A stretch of 61,623 nucleotides of DNA, filler included, from Choristocarpus tenellus KU-1152 (lineage: Eukaryota; Protista; Phaeophyceae): assembly GCA_964200185.2 (NCBI GenBank). It is 12 parts of 12 records of this genome, joined end to end, with 100 filler letters (N's around TTAATTAATTAA, not from the genome) between each part and the next. Parts side by side here need not be neighbours in the genome. Positions count along the whole stretch, not along the records: positions 48,492 to 51,443 come from CAXNAD020023416.1; positions 51,544 to 61,623 come from CAXNAD020003168.1; 10 more parts are not named here. The stretch is one strand, 5' to 3'. A program made the position numbers and the translations under genes. The first letter of the stretch is position 1. Each line of letters opens with the position of its first letter. Positions 50,604 through 61,623 of the stretch are shown in pieces. The notes under the pieces were generated by a model that saw nothing but the letters and a program-made list of their open reading frames with translations, did not search any database and was not told where the DNA came from.

Positions 50604-52771
50604 CTCATCCTAGAGGCGACTGCCAACACTATATGAATCATCAAATCTTTGTTGCCCCGAGAGTCTTACCGAGGCCATAATGCTTTTCACTATTGTTTCA
50701 CACGAGAAATGGAAAATTTCATAACATTTGACAATGAAAAACACTCCTAGCAGAACACAAATGGTAGGTAAGACTTTCCCATATTGAATTTCATTTTGTT
50801 CAAACACTCTAGTCATTAATAGAAAGTAGATTAGAGAAGAACCTAATGTTGATATATCCATGGAAAAGATGGAAAACTTTGTGTCTTCCAGTATACTCTA
50901 TGCATTCATGTTCCTCTCTTTTTAATCACTAAGTCTTTACAACATTGGAGATCTTGCCTGCTAGTACTAGTGTGTTTCGTAACTAAATCTCATTCCAATG
51001 ACTCTTTGTATCCTACCGAACATAATACACGCCTTAAATAAAATAAACATTGAGAAACAGAAAAGAACTCCAAGATTGCGATACAAAACAGTTGTATGTA
51101 GCATGAAGGGTCACAGACTCAAGGAGGTGTGTCTATCTACTCAAGTCGCATATCAAATCATCAAGTCCATTCCGATATACCCCAGTACCAAGGACAGTGT
51201 CCTAGGTCAGACCCTATCCAGATGGATGGCCCAGATGGAACCCTGAGCCCCTCGATTTTTCTCATAGGACCTTGGCCTCAGCCCCACCAAAGGTACAAAG
51301 AGTATTTTGCTATTTTTTAATTCCCTATTAGCTAGAGAGAGATATTATGTGTTTCTTAGACCATTGTGTTGTTTTGCTTCGCCTCTGACTACTCTTTGGT
51401 GATGGGTTCAATATACCCTCTCACGGGGTGATAGATGCACACCNNNNNNNNNNNNNNNNNNNNNNNNNNNNNNNNNNNNNNNNNNNNTTAATTAATTAAN
51501 NNNNNNNNNNNNNNNNNNNNNNNNNNNNNNNNNNNNNNNNNNNGATTCTTGACTGAGAACCTTAATCGGTACCACGGTATAACGGTATATGGCATACGGC
51601 AATAACGGTTGTATTAATATATCTGTGAGGGACAGGTCCTTTTTTGAGATCTCCCACACACATATGTTGTGGATATGGCGCGCGGCCATACACATATGCG
51701 TGCACCAACCATGTCATTGAGACTTGCCCATATCGACTAGTCCACACAACCAAACACACCCATTAGATCCGGGTTTTACAGTCAGAAGGACTGTCAGAAC
51801 AAAGATCCATTCCGATCCCAACCGATCCATTTCCTGCCGTGATGTTGCTCAGTCATTCTGTGACATCTATTGTGCACTAAAGTTTTGTTTCTGTTCTGAA
51901 TCTCCTCAACTGACTTTGAGATGCTGGGGCAAGATCTGTGAAACTCGGTTCTGCTCTCCGTTGTGGAAGAGTTCAGTCTGGTTATTGTGATTGCAGATAG
52001 CCTTGACACCTTGATACTTCACGTATGTCATGTCATACAATTTCTATTATTTTATTAATGGCATACTATTGTATTAACATGTGTCACATCAAACAATTAC
52101 CATTATACTATAAATAGTATAATATTGTATTAATACATGTCACACCACACTATGATCAATTATTATACTAATGACATACTACCGTATTGATACATGACAC
52201 ATAAAACTACCTACCTAGCATATATTTATTACAATATTTATAGCATACTATTCTATTAGTAAATATATGAATCATGTGATTCTGGGGCGGCGTGGTTCAC
52301 TCAGGCAAGGGTGGTGAAGAGAGTCACCGGGCAAGACGGACCAGATTGAACAAGACAATCTGTAACCGAAAAGACGAGGTTAAATAAGGTTGGACAAGTG
52401 CAAGAATGCATAAACAAAACTGTGGAGACTGACCGACTGAGGATCTTGTGAGAGAGGATCATCAGAAATGGCAAGATGTGAGAACAAAGAGAATCTTTGA
52501 TATTTGACAACTTTGAATGAAGAGCTAGCACCTAAGACACATTTTTAAAGCTTTTAAGGTCATCTAGCCTAAAATTGCCACAGGCAGTACTATTTTGGAA
52601 TGGTGCGCGTAAAAAAAAGTGGAACTATGTCGACTATTTTCGACCTCTACCTTATTTGGCGCCATATTATTGGATTATTGACTGTTTTGCTTGTTTTGCG
52701 AATTCTGGATTATTATTTTATTCCTTCTTTGCATTCCCTCCATTCCCCTCCTCCTCATTGCACCACCCCTT

Positions 52772-52990
52772 GTGACCAATCAGTGTGGCCTCTTCACCAC
52801 TGATGTCCAGTCACCCCCCTCCATGAGATGACCAGCCAATGCAAATCCCTTTTGCCACTGATTTCCAGCCACCAACCACCTCTGATGACCAACCAGTGCG
52901 AATCTCCTTTGCCACCGATCTTTCAGTCACCCCCCACATCCGATGACCAACTGGTGTGACCCCTTTGCCACTGATTTCCAGTCACGACCC
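52772..52990. repeat. Four degenerate ~56-bp tandem units
   Basis: TGACCA...TTTGCCACTGATTTCCAG.CAC recurs at ~52773, 52828, 52886 and 52944. Confidence 0.75.
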
Positions 52991-54043
52991 CTCCCTTCAA
53001 CTCCACTCAACCCCACATCACTAACCTCTCCAATAAGTCGACATTGCTCCCCCCAACAGGACTTTCCCCCACTCACTGCTTCCCAACACCATTCAACACC
53101 ACTCAACCCCCCAATACTTTCCCATACTTTTCACTCCTCCGCACCACTCAACACCACTCCACAATTGCCCAAGAACACCCCTTCATCATCCACTTCATAC
53201 CGTGGCTTTGAACTAGAAGACATCTACCCCACCCAAACCTGACCTTCCCCCCCTTTACCCAGCATCCCAATTGGTTGTGGCCAAGAGAAAGGGTGGGTGG
53301 GTGGTAGAGATTGCTCAGAGGTTGTCTTGTTCTAGCCCTCCTAGTCCTGTACCACCAGCCTTAGGTTTCCTTTATGTTCTGATCATTCCTTCTTACCTAA
53401 TGCTTCCACCTACCGCCCATTTATTTAACTTTTCTCCTACCTCTTCTGCGTTGTAGCCACTCAGTACTTAACTCTTCATTCAACCCTTGACTATTTGTTC
53501 TTTTTCCTTCCTCACCCCTCCCTTCCCTCTACATCATTTCTACCATCTCCCATGCACAAAATTCACAATACTTCAGAACCTCTCCCTTTTCATCTTGTTT
53601 TCTTTTTCACTGCATATTATGCTACTTTTTTTGTTCGTTTTCGACCCAATTTCAAGATCTACCTGCAAAGTGTGCGAGGATTAATCCATCCCATTTCTCT
53701 AAACTCGAATCAACCACACACATTAATTATCATGTTAGTGTTGTGTCACCTCTGTGCATAGTTTGGTCACTGAAAAACTTTGATTTGGTTGGAATCTTTT
53801 GTGGTCGTTGTGGACGGACGACCTCTACAATATTACTCCAAAAAAACTAAAAATCAGGTTGTTTTATTCATTGTTCTATCTGATTTCCCTTTCCTTGTTG
53901 TACACCGATTTTGCGCGGATTTCGCTCGCTAAAGGGATTATTATCTACCACCATCTCGTGACAAGTATTTGGCTTCCACACCAAATCCAGTTACAAACAG
54001 TACTGATGTACTGTATTATTGCAGCGTCAAAACACCTTGAGTC

Positions 54044-55520
54044 ATGGCAGACAACGGAGTGTGGAGCTTCACAGCGGATGAAAAGCCCTCCCGCAAGCGT
54101 AGCCGCTTCAACCTTCTAGCGCTGGAGCATGGCGAGTACTACTTCCAGGTAGACACTGGAGGAACGGGACAATTTTTATGTCGAGAAGGTCCGCAGCAGC
54201 ACCCCTCAGTTAGGACAACAGTACAGTCGTGCGTATGCCAGAGAAAGTGTTGCAGATATGGGAGATGGAGTGCTGTAATGTATCCTACGTGGAAAGCTCA
54301 TGTGCGCTGCTCACTTTTTCCTCGTGATCCTGGAGTGCAATGGACTAGACGTAGTTGTGAAATGCCTTGATGCTGGTGTAATTATCACGTCAGTCTCTCC
54401 AATACCAGAGAGACAAGACTAGATAATGTGTCGCTAAATGATGAAGATGGTCGCAGGGTCTCTATTGGGGCCGCCCCCATCCAGTGGTCTTCTCAACATA
54501 GGTGTGCTCTTCCTCGCCGAACAACCTCCCTATCCATTTGCCAAGTGTGACTGTATTGGCATTTGGTGTCGCCTTTTGTCTGTCTTCCGTCCTTCCCGTC
54601 AACAACGTACGCAGTATATATATATATATATAGATTTACACTATTAGATCCTACGTACCTATATCATGAAGTTGTGTTACCTGGTGTATGCACACCGTAA
54701 CATACCTACCAATGACGGGAGGAGGAACTCTTGCTCCCGACCTTGTTGCTACCATGTTACCACTTCAAATTGACTTATTCCCGCCCAACTCCTCTAGCCT
54801 CACTTTATCGCCCGACAAAAGCAGCACATACTGCGATCTGAGTTCCACATTCTACCATGAAAGTATACACCCGAAGATCACTACCCCTCCTCTTCCTACC
54901 CTATTCCTTGGAAATCGAACCAAAACTCAATGCCAACCTCTAATCCCTTCCCTTACATCTACCAACCACCTCCATGGTAGGACTACAGTGCGTACTACTA
55001 TCCTCCGAGCACCTTACCCAACTCTGCAGGCCTTGGCCCCAGTTCTTACGCAAGTGGTGGTGCCAGGCGCCCTAGACACCAGGGACGGCTCAAACTATGC
55101 AGCCGGGGCCTTCTCTTTGAACCTTCCGATCGACTTTTGCCGCTAGTAAAATATCCCTTCCGGCACATGGAAACTCCAATGGAACCTGTTGCTGCCGTCG
55201 TTGGTGGGAGGACGGGGGGGAACGGCAGTGCATCAATAGGTTTGGCAAAGGCAATGGCGACTCCAGTCTCGGCTGCGAGTGAATGGTTTGGCCAGAGAGC
55301 AAGACTGCGTGCGGCCGCGCAGCAGCGCGGAGTTGACTGGAGGGGGCATGGGCAGGGGATAGGGCAGCTTGCTGGAACCGGGATGGAAGGGAGTGGCTTG
55401 TGGCGGGGTGAGGGGGAGGGAGAGACTGCAGGGGGAGTGGGAGGAGGGGGAACGGGGGAAGGAGGTGGAGAGTTTCGCTTTCGCTGCACGTCAGTGGTGG
55501 AGAGCAAGCGCAATGATAAG
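54044..55520 (+). CDS. NSMAF: Protein FAN (neutral sphingomyelinase activation-associated factor; GRAM/PH-BEACH-WD40), exons 1-2
   Basis: Exon 54044-54148 (RSRFNLLALEHGEYYFQ) plus exon 54981-55520 (DYSAYYY...GRLKLCSRGLLFEPSDRLLPLVKYPFR) match the FAN N-terminal motifs RFSLLLLExxExYFE and G.LKICSKS.IFEP. Later exons were not found. Confidence 0.85.
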
Positions 55521-55661
55521 GTACAGTATGAAATAATCCGTGCCCCCTTTTTGTCCTATACGTTGCTTGTACCCTTTTTGGTCATAATATGAGACAAGAG
55601 CAACAACTACGGGGCATGGTGTAAGGCGTCTAGCACCGTGCTTTGCGTCTCTCGCCTATTT

Positions 55662-55848
55662 TTGTACTTTTGTCTATTTGTACTCTTGTACTTTTGTCTA
55701 TTTGTACTCTTGTACTTTTGTCTATTTGTACTCTTGTACTTTTGTCTATTTGTACTCTTGTACTTTTGTCTATTTGTACTCTTGTACTCTTGTACTTTTG
55801 TACTCTTGTACTCTTGTACTTTTGTACTCTTGTACTTTTGTCTATTTG
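55662..55848. repeat. 24-bp (3 x 8-mer) minisatellite
   Basis: TTGTACTT TTGTCTAT TTGTACTC repeated ~8 times. Confidence 0.95.
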
Positions 55849-57090
55849 TTACAGTTTACTTACGGTCTAGGGGTGTGTAAGCAATGTTTCGGCGTTTTAT
55901 GCACCGTGGATACTGGCACGTTTTTCCCTTCAGCATCTGTATGTGTGAAAATAGTGTGTACTCAAGTATGAGTACATGTCTCGTATTGCCCGTTACCTTG
56001 TGATGATGCTACTTGTATCTTAGGTCAAGGACTTACATACTGTGCCTGTGTTTAGACAGAAACAAATTCTTGACATTTACGGTGGTGTAACTGACGAAAT
56101 TTTTGTTCAATCTGTTGTTAAATGTTGCCTGTTTTTTAGTAGTCTCACACTATCGTTTCAGGTGAAGAAATCTATGTGTGGATCAAAGTTGTGCCTCTTC
56201 TTGGTGTATGCTGTGAGTTGAATCCTTTAAATCGCCCCTTTTTGTAATTGTTGTGCAGGGGATACGTCATCATGTGGATAACTTAGGGTATGTCCTTGAA
56301 AATGAAAAAAAAAAAATGTCTAGATTTTTTTTCTTTAGTTTGAAACGTAGTGTTGGGTTTTATTTAGTATCTTGTGCATGCAGTTTGGAGTAGCAAACTT
56401 TACGTGTAATTTTTTTTGTATATTTTCAAGTCAATTAGATGTTTTATTAGTAGCATCTATGTTCTGTTTGTTCAAGTAGTAATAGTAGTAGTGACACATA
56501 CTATACACGCATAGATTCATGAAGTTCATTAAATATGTGTGATTAAGTATGCCATCTGATGTGAGTTAGGAATATCCCAGACTTCCAATGTTTGGATAAA
56601 CAAGAGAAACTGGAATCGCCATCCAAGTACATGCATTAGATCACAACGCTCACAGGCCTGGCTCATATGACACGTAAACCTCCCACTGCCCAAGCTAATG
56701 CTAGGAAAGGATTTTATATAATACTTGCCTCAAGGATCGAGATCCTAGGTGATACAATCACATACAATCACATATAATCACGCAAAGCCCCCACCCCAAT
56801 CTTACTCTTTGCTGAAACATATTAGTAGTAGTTTTAATAGTGCAAGTAGTTTAGTGCTGTGATTGGGAAAGTAAATATAGAATTGATGGAGTTGGCAGAA
56901 GTTTATGAAGGAATGAGGTACTGAACATATGCTGTCATCGGTATATATTTATATTTATTTATATATATATTTATATGTGTGTGTAGTGGATGTATATTGG
57001 TGGTGTACCTTTTAAAGCCATGCTGAACTGGCCATCCCTCGATAACCTGGCAGGCGGGAATCTTCGATATGTTATTGAAATCGGAGTAAT

Positions 57091-57117
57091 TTAGGGTTAG
57101 GGTTAGGGTTAGGGTTA
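57091..57117 (+). repeat. Interstitial telomeric repeat (TTAGGG)4, with further degenerate units to ~57500
   Basis: Read directly. Confidence 0.9.
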
Positions 57118-58920
57118 CTGATGGTGTATTTTATTTGGGTTAGTTTTTTTTTTGATGTTTGGTTATCTGGTTGTGAATGGTAGTGATTGTTGAACCCCAA
57201 TGATTCCACTTGATGCAAGAATAATCTAACGTGTCTTGGGACAGGATTTCGATTGTTTATATAAATGGGGTTGGGATTATTTTTTAGCAATAGCATGGGA
57301 GGTTAGAGTCAGGAATCTGTTATTGGGTATTTAAAGGGAACTTTGTATGGGTTTAGGGTTAGGAGTAGAGTTATCTCTTTGTTCGAATACTAATTAGGGT
57401 TAGGGTTAGTTTTTAAAGGCTAACAAGTGAGAGTCAGAGTTGAAAGAGTTGCCTGTTTCTGGGTATTATGTTCATGTGAACAGCTTACAGGTTTAGGTTT
57501 AGGATAGAAATTTTCTAGTATTCAAATGTGGCAGTGTTGGGGGTTGTCTATTTCTTGTTCTAGCACTTTCTAGGTTTAGGGAAATATAATTATTCGTTTT
57601 GAATATATTATGTGCATAATTTATATGCACATAATTTTTATTTTGTACGTATATATGTACATAGACATTCCATATGAGATAATAATGAAGTAATGGTGAT
57701 GATCTCAAGCACTCTTCTTAAGCTTGGTAGCATATGTTGTTAGTCTGTTCCTCATACCAAATTGAAATAAACCTTTACCGAATTGAAATAAACCTTTACC
57801 AAAGAGTTAAAAGTAACTGTTGTTGTGAGAAGGCTGTATCTTTTTTGGCCGTTTTGAGCCTTGATTTGTTTCTTTTGTTATCAACTTTTTTTTTTTTGAA
57901 GATGGAAGACGTTTCAAAAAGGAAAAGGGGGGTGCCGGTGCGGAAGACTTGCCTCTGCAAACCGACTCTGCAAACCGAACACACCCGTAACACAGAACCA
58001 AGTGAAAAACACTCTGAGCCTGCAGACTCTGTGCTCCAAAAACCTGTGTGCCACCAGAGAAGTCAGAGGGGCCCTTGAAGCTCTCAGCAGCAGCCCCCTA
58101 TTGGTTACGTTGACCCTAAATGTACCCTCTTGTTTGTCTGTTGGCAAGTGGTTGTTATTCTACAGACCTCTGAGGCCTCTCCAGTCACGTTTCGTCTGCT
58201 GTTCTACTGAGGGCATTCCATTTCGCTTGGTATTCTGAAACTTTTCTGAGATGCTCCTCTGATGCCATGTGGTGGTAGTAGTTGCTTCTGGGGCGGCGAG
58301 ATGGTGTCTAAAACGGTTCTGAGATGTTGTTGTTGCCAGACGAGTTGTTCGATAGCGCAACATGTAGAATAAATACAAAAAATATGTTTTTTTTTTAAAT
58401 CTCTTGGTTTCAGAAAAAAAGATAAGTTTTGGTGGCTATATATGTACATACTACTATATATTAATATATATATAATGTATATCGTGTTATGGAATTGTTT
58501 CCCATCACTTTTCGGGACAAAGTGCCAATATATTGTTGAGGATGGAGGAGTCTGATGGCAACTGTTTGCTTGATCGACACGGATGGATTTATTGGTAGAA
58601 GTGGGTTGGTTAGATCAAACGCTTTCCCCCATTGGACAAATCGTGATTGGTAACTCGGTTGTGCTTCACAAATCAGTAGAACAAATCAGTAGAACAAATC
58701 AGTAGAACAATAATATATATATGTATATATATATATATTTGTGTATGTGAAGGTTGAAGGAGGAGTGGAGATGTGCAAGTCATTTTTGACCCAGGAGTCT
58801 TGTACCACAAATGGTGTAGTATATACAATTCAATGATGAGGAATGGTGTACAGATCCCGATTAGTGGATATAACCTTGTTGGTTACCATGTGGACATGGT
58901 TCATAGGTAGTTATCACTAG

Positions 58921-58974
58921 CCCTAGCCCTAACCCTAACCCTAACCCTAACCCTAACCCTAACCCTAACCCTAA
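58921..58974 (-). repeat. Interstitial telomeric repeat (CCCTAA)~9
   Basis: Read directly. Confidence 0.95.
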
Positions 58975-59736
58975 CATGTGTAAGTGATTTGTCGCTGTGT
59001 GTCGAAAAGAGGTACTTTCACATTTTGCTGATCTGTCCCTAACTCACCTTGATAGTTCAAATCTCATGTTGCGATTTAACAGGAAATAGAACAGTTTCAA
59101 GTTTCGCACAAATCTTCCATTGCGGTTTGCGGTACAGAACAATTTCGTACAGATCTTAACGCTGTTGTAAACGGATAGGAAAATGATTTTGTGGTTTATA
59201 TATATCTCTGGTTAGTATTTTGCTGCAATTACATACAGTCAGCGCTTGGTTCCGTTTTCGTTCTACGATAGTATATATAAAAAAAAAATACATTTCCCCC
59301 CACTTCATAAAATAAAAACTGGAACGTGGTAGAAGACCCAGTAGGTTCATGGGTAACACATGACATCTGTAGTGTATCATGTTGGGGTGTGCTTGCATTT
59401 TTGGTATCAGTACCACTGGTCCTGTGTTCAGGACCAGCGCATTTTTTAATTTTGTTTAACTCATCCTCTGCCAAACGTGTGTGTACAAATAGTTGTTCCA
59501 CACCACTCTCAGAAATACGAATGGGTACAAATTATTGGGATCCGTGAATGAAAGAGTTGACTCCTAAATCAATCCTTGGGTTCTGAGGATGTGCCCAACC
59601 AACGCGCATAACTCAGATTTATTGACAGGAATGGACATTGATTTATCAGAAATCGATTTGTATGCCACAAATTGGATTTGATTTGATTTGATTTGATTTA
59701 ATTTGATTTGGTTCGTCCAACGTGTGTATGCTTTCA

Positions 59737-59769
<33 letters not shown>

Positions 59770-60290
59770 CTGTGCATCAACAATTTATCTGAAAGCTTCT
59801 AAAGTAGTATCAAAACCTGCATGTGACCTAGAAGCCCTTTTGGCATTGTGCCCACAAGGTTGGGGGCGTGAGCACTTGGTGCCTAAAATGACTACCCCAA
59901 TGAAAGGCGAGGGTGTTTTGAGAGGGTGTGAGGTGAGCTAAGTATTGCAGGGGAGAGGACTGTTTAGAGAAGCTCTGAGACCACAGGTGGGGACAAAGAG
60001 CAAGGGCTTAGGGTCAGGTTTAACCTGGTGCAGGCCTCACCCTTGAGAGTATTGTGTAGCACCAGTAACTAATCTAGATAGCTACATATTATGGTAACAC
60101 CAGTAGCACATTGTTAGCGTCCAAACAGCCATCTCAAGGAAGGAGGATCACGTCGCCGCCTCTTTGGTGGTGAAATCCGTTTTCTACCTGGGGGAGCAAG
60201 GGACTGGTGAAGCTCCCCTAAAGCTCCTCTCAGGGGTGGACAGAAGGACGCTCAGATGTCTTGATTTCAGTATGCATTTTGTCTGTTTTC

Positions 60291-60429
60291 AAATAACATT
60301 GAAAACAGGGTAACAAATAACTTTGAAAACAGGGTAACAAATAACATTGAAAACAGGGTAACAAATAACTTTGAAAACAGGGTAACAAATAACATTGAAA
60401 ACAGGGTAACAAATAACATTGAAAACAGG
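60291..60429. repeat. 24-bp minisatellite AAATAACWTTGAAAACAGGGTAAC, ~6 units
   Basis: Read directly; A and T variants alternate over the first four units. Confidence 0.95.
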
Positions 60430-60483
60430 TTCGAGCGTGAATCACACACGGATAGGAGTGCACTACACCCCCTCTTTCGTGGT

Positions 60484-60612
60484 ATAATTAGTTGTTGATC
60501 TAATTAGTTACTGATCTAATTAGTTATTGATATAGTCAAGTTATTGATATAATTAGTTATTTATATAAAATAGTTATTGATCTAACTAGTTATTGATACA
60601 ATTACTTATTGA
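60484..60612. repeat. Degenerate ~15-17-bp repeat TAATTAGTTATTGATC
   Basis: About 8 units. Confidence 0.8.
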
Positions 60613-60883
60613 CCACAACTCCCGGTCTTGACAAAGTTCATCCTTGTGGCAACTGCTTCCACCATCCCATGGCGCTCTATACCCACCAATTCTTGTTCTG
60701 TGCTTCTTGCTTGTAGTTGTACCAATAGTGCTATGCTCATTGCACTATTTTTTTTTTTTCAGTCTCACGAGGTGTCAATACCAGGGATTGTAAATGACTT
60801 TACCAGCTAGCAAACAACCGCTGCTGTTTGGCACTAGCGTTGGGATCAGGATTTGAGTTGCTTATTATTATTATTTGTGAAAG

Positions 60884-61059
60884 TAGGGTTAGGGTTAGGG
60901 TTAGGGTTAGGGTTAGGGTTAGGGTTCTATTTTCTTTATGTGAGGTTAGGGATAAGGCTGAGTGCTTCTTGGCACTTTTAGTTTTATGATTGATAGGGTA
61001 AGGGTTAGAATTTTTGTTGCATTTTATAATTACTCAGGGTTAGGGTTAGGGTTAGGGTT
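60884..61059 (+). repeat. Interstitial telomeric repeats (TTAGGG)~7 at 60884-60926 and ~4 at 61036-61059
   Basis: Read directly. Confidence 0.93.
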
Positions 61060-61581
61060 GTCTATTACCGTGGTATGGTATGATAGTATAGGACTTGGTG
61101 TGTGTTTGAATGGGGCAGGTTATGCTTTGCGTTCCTGATTTGTGGGTCCAGTATACTGTATTCAAGTAAATTCAATGTAGATTATTGTATGTAGTATCAT
61201 TGGTAAATATTATACCATAAGTGGTGTTGTGGTATTATAGTACATAGTATGATTGAATGTAGTATTATAGTATGTAGTATGATAGGAGCATTATTGTATG
61301 TAGAATTTATTCTTCATGTTGTTATAGTATGTGGTATTACAGTATGTAGAGTGTATTATAGTATATATGATTGTATGTAGTATTATACTCCACGCTGTTG
61401 CAAGATTGATTCTATGGTACTGTGGGGTGATCTCAAGTGCCTCTTGCTCTGTGTGACAACTTTGCTTTTTAAATAGTGAGGTAAATGAATTTTTGTGTTC
61501 AGTCCTCTTAAATAGGAGGTGTCAGTGTTTCTCGATTTTTATGCAATTTACTTTATTCTAAAGGTACATGTTGGTTGTCAT

Positions 61582-61623
61582 GACCCACAAAGTATCTGGG
61601 GGGGGGGGGGGGGTCTAAAAAAG
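61582..61623. mobile_element. MITE family A-like terminus at window end
   Basis: GACCCACAAAGTATCTGGGGGG...GGTCTA. Confidence 0.7.

Noticed and set aside
8103-51543. Recurrent TTAATTAATTAA palindrome as a biological repeat or recombination site
   Set aside because: It is always embedded in 44 N on each side, so it is an artificial six-frame-stop linker. ORFs ending in X...LIN are artefacts.
52284-52330. tRNA/SINE-like start GGGGCGGCGTGGTTCA (also ~55611)
   Set aside because: No B-box or cloverleaf can be built.
55638-55971. Repetitive hydrophobic or Cys-rich ORFs (also 60230-60463)
   Set aside because: Translations of 24-bp minisatellites, open in several frames, with no splice support.

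Overview
This is eukaryotic nuclear DNA, not a prokaryotic locus. The window is 12 short assembly contigs joined by an artificial 100-nt linker (44 N + TTAATTAATTAA + 44 N) at 8103, 12867, 16665, 20175, 28447, 32348, 35855, 39160, 43487, 48392 and 51444, so adjacency across linkers is meaningless. Short exons in long GT-AG introns, TTAGGG repeats, a fungal-type Zn2Cys6 factor and CRE-type retroelements suggest a stramenopile, probably a brown alga (inference). Genes reconstructed by hand: a complete 9-exon gene for a ~473-aa tandem-CCCH / unassigned domain / SAM protein (minus strand, 1627-6808), plus partial genes for a Zn2Cys6 transcription factor, an FNR/cytochrome-b5-reductase-like C-terminus, a TPR protein, RPS24 head-to-head with a probable MCM4, and FAN/NSMAF. 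Most of the rest is mobile DNA. About 20 copies of three MITE families share a CAAAGTATCT terminal core, and there are relics of CRE non-LTR, Gypsy, probable DIRS, plant-type mariner and Tc1/IS630 elements, a foldback element, several satellites and interstitial telomeric arrays. The best candidates for something undescribed are the shared-TIR MITE system and the CCCH-X-SAM protein. All calls are by eye; no searches were run.
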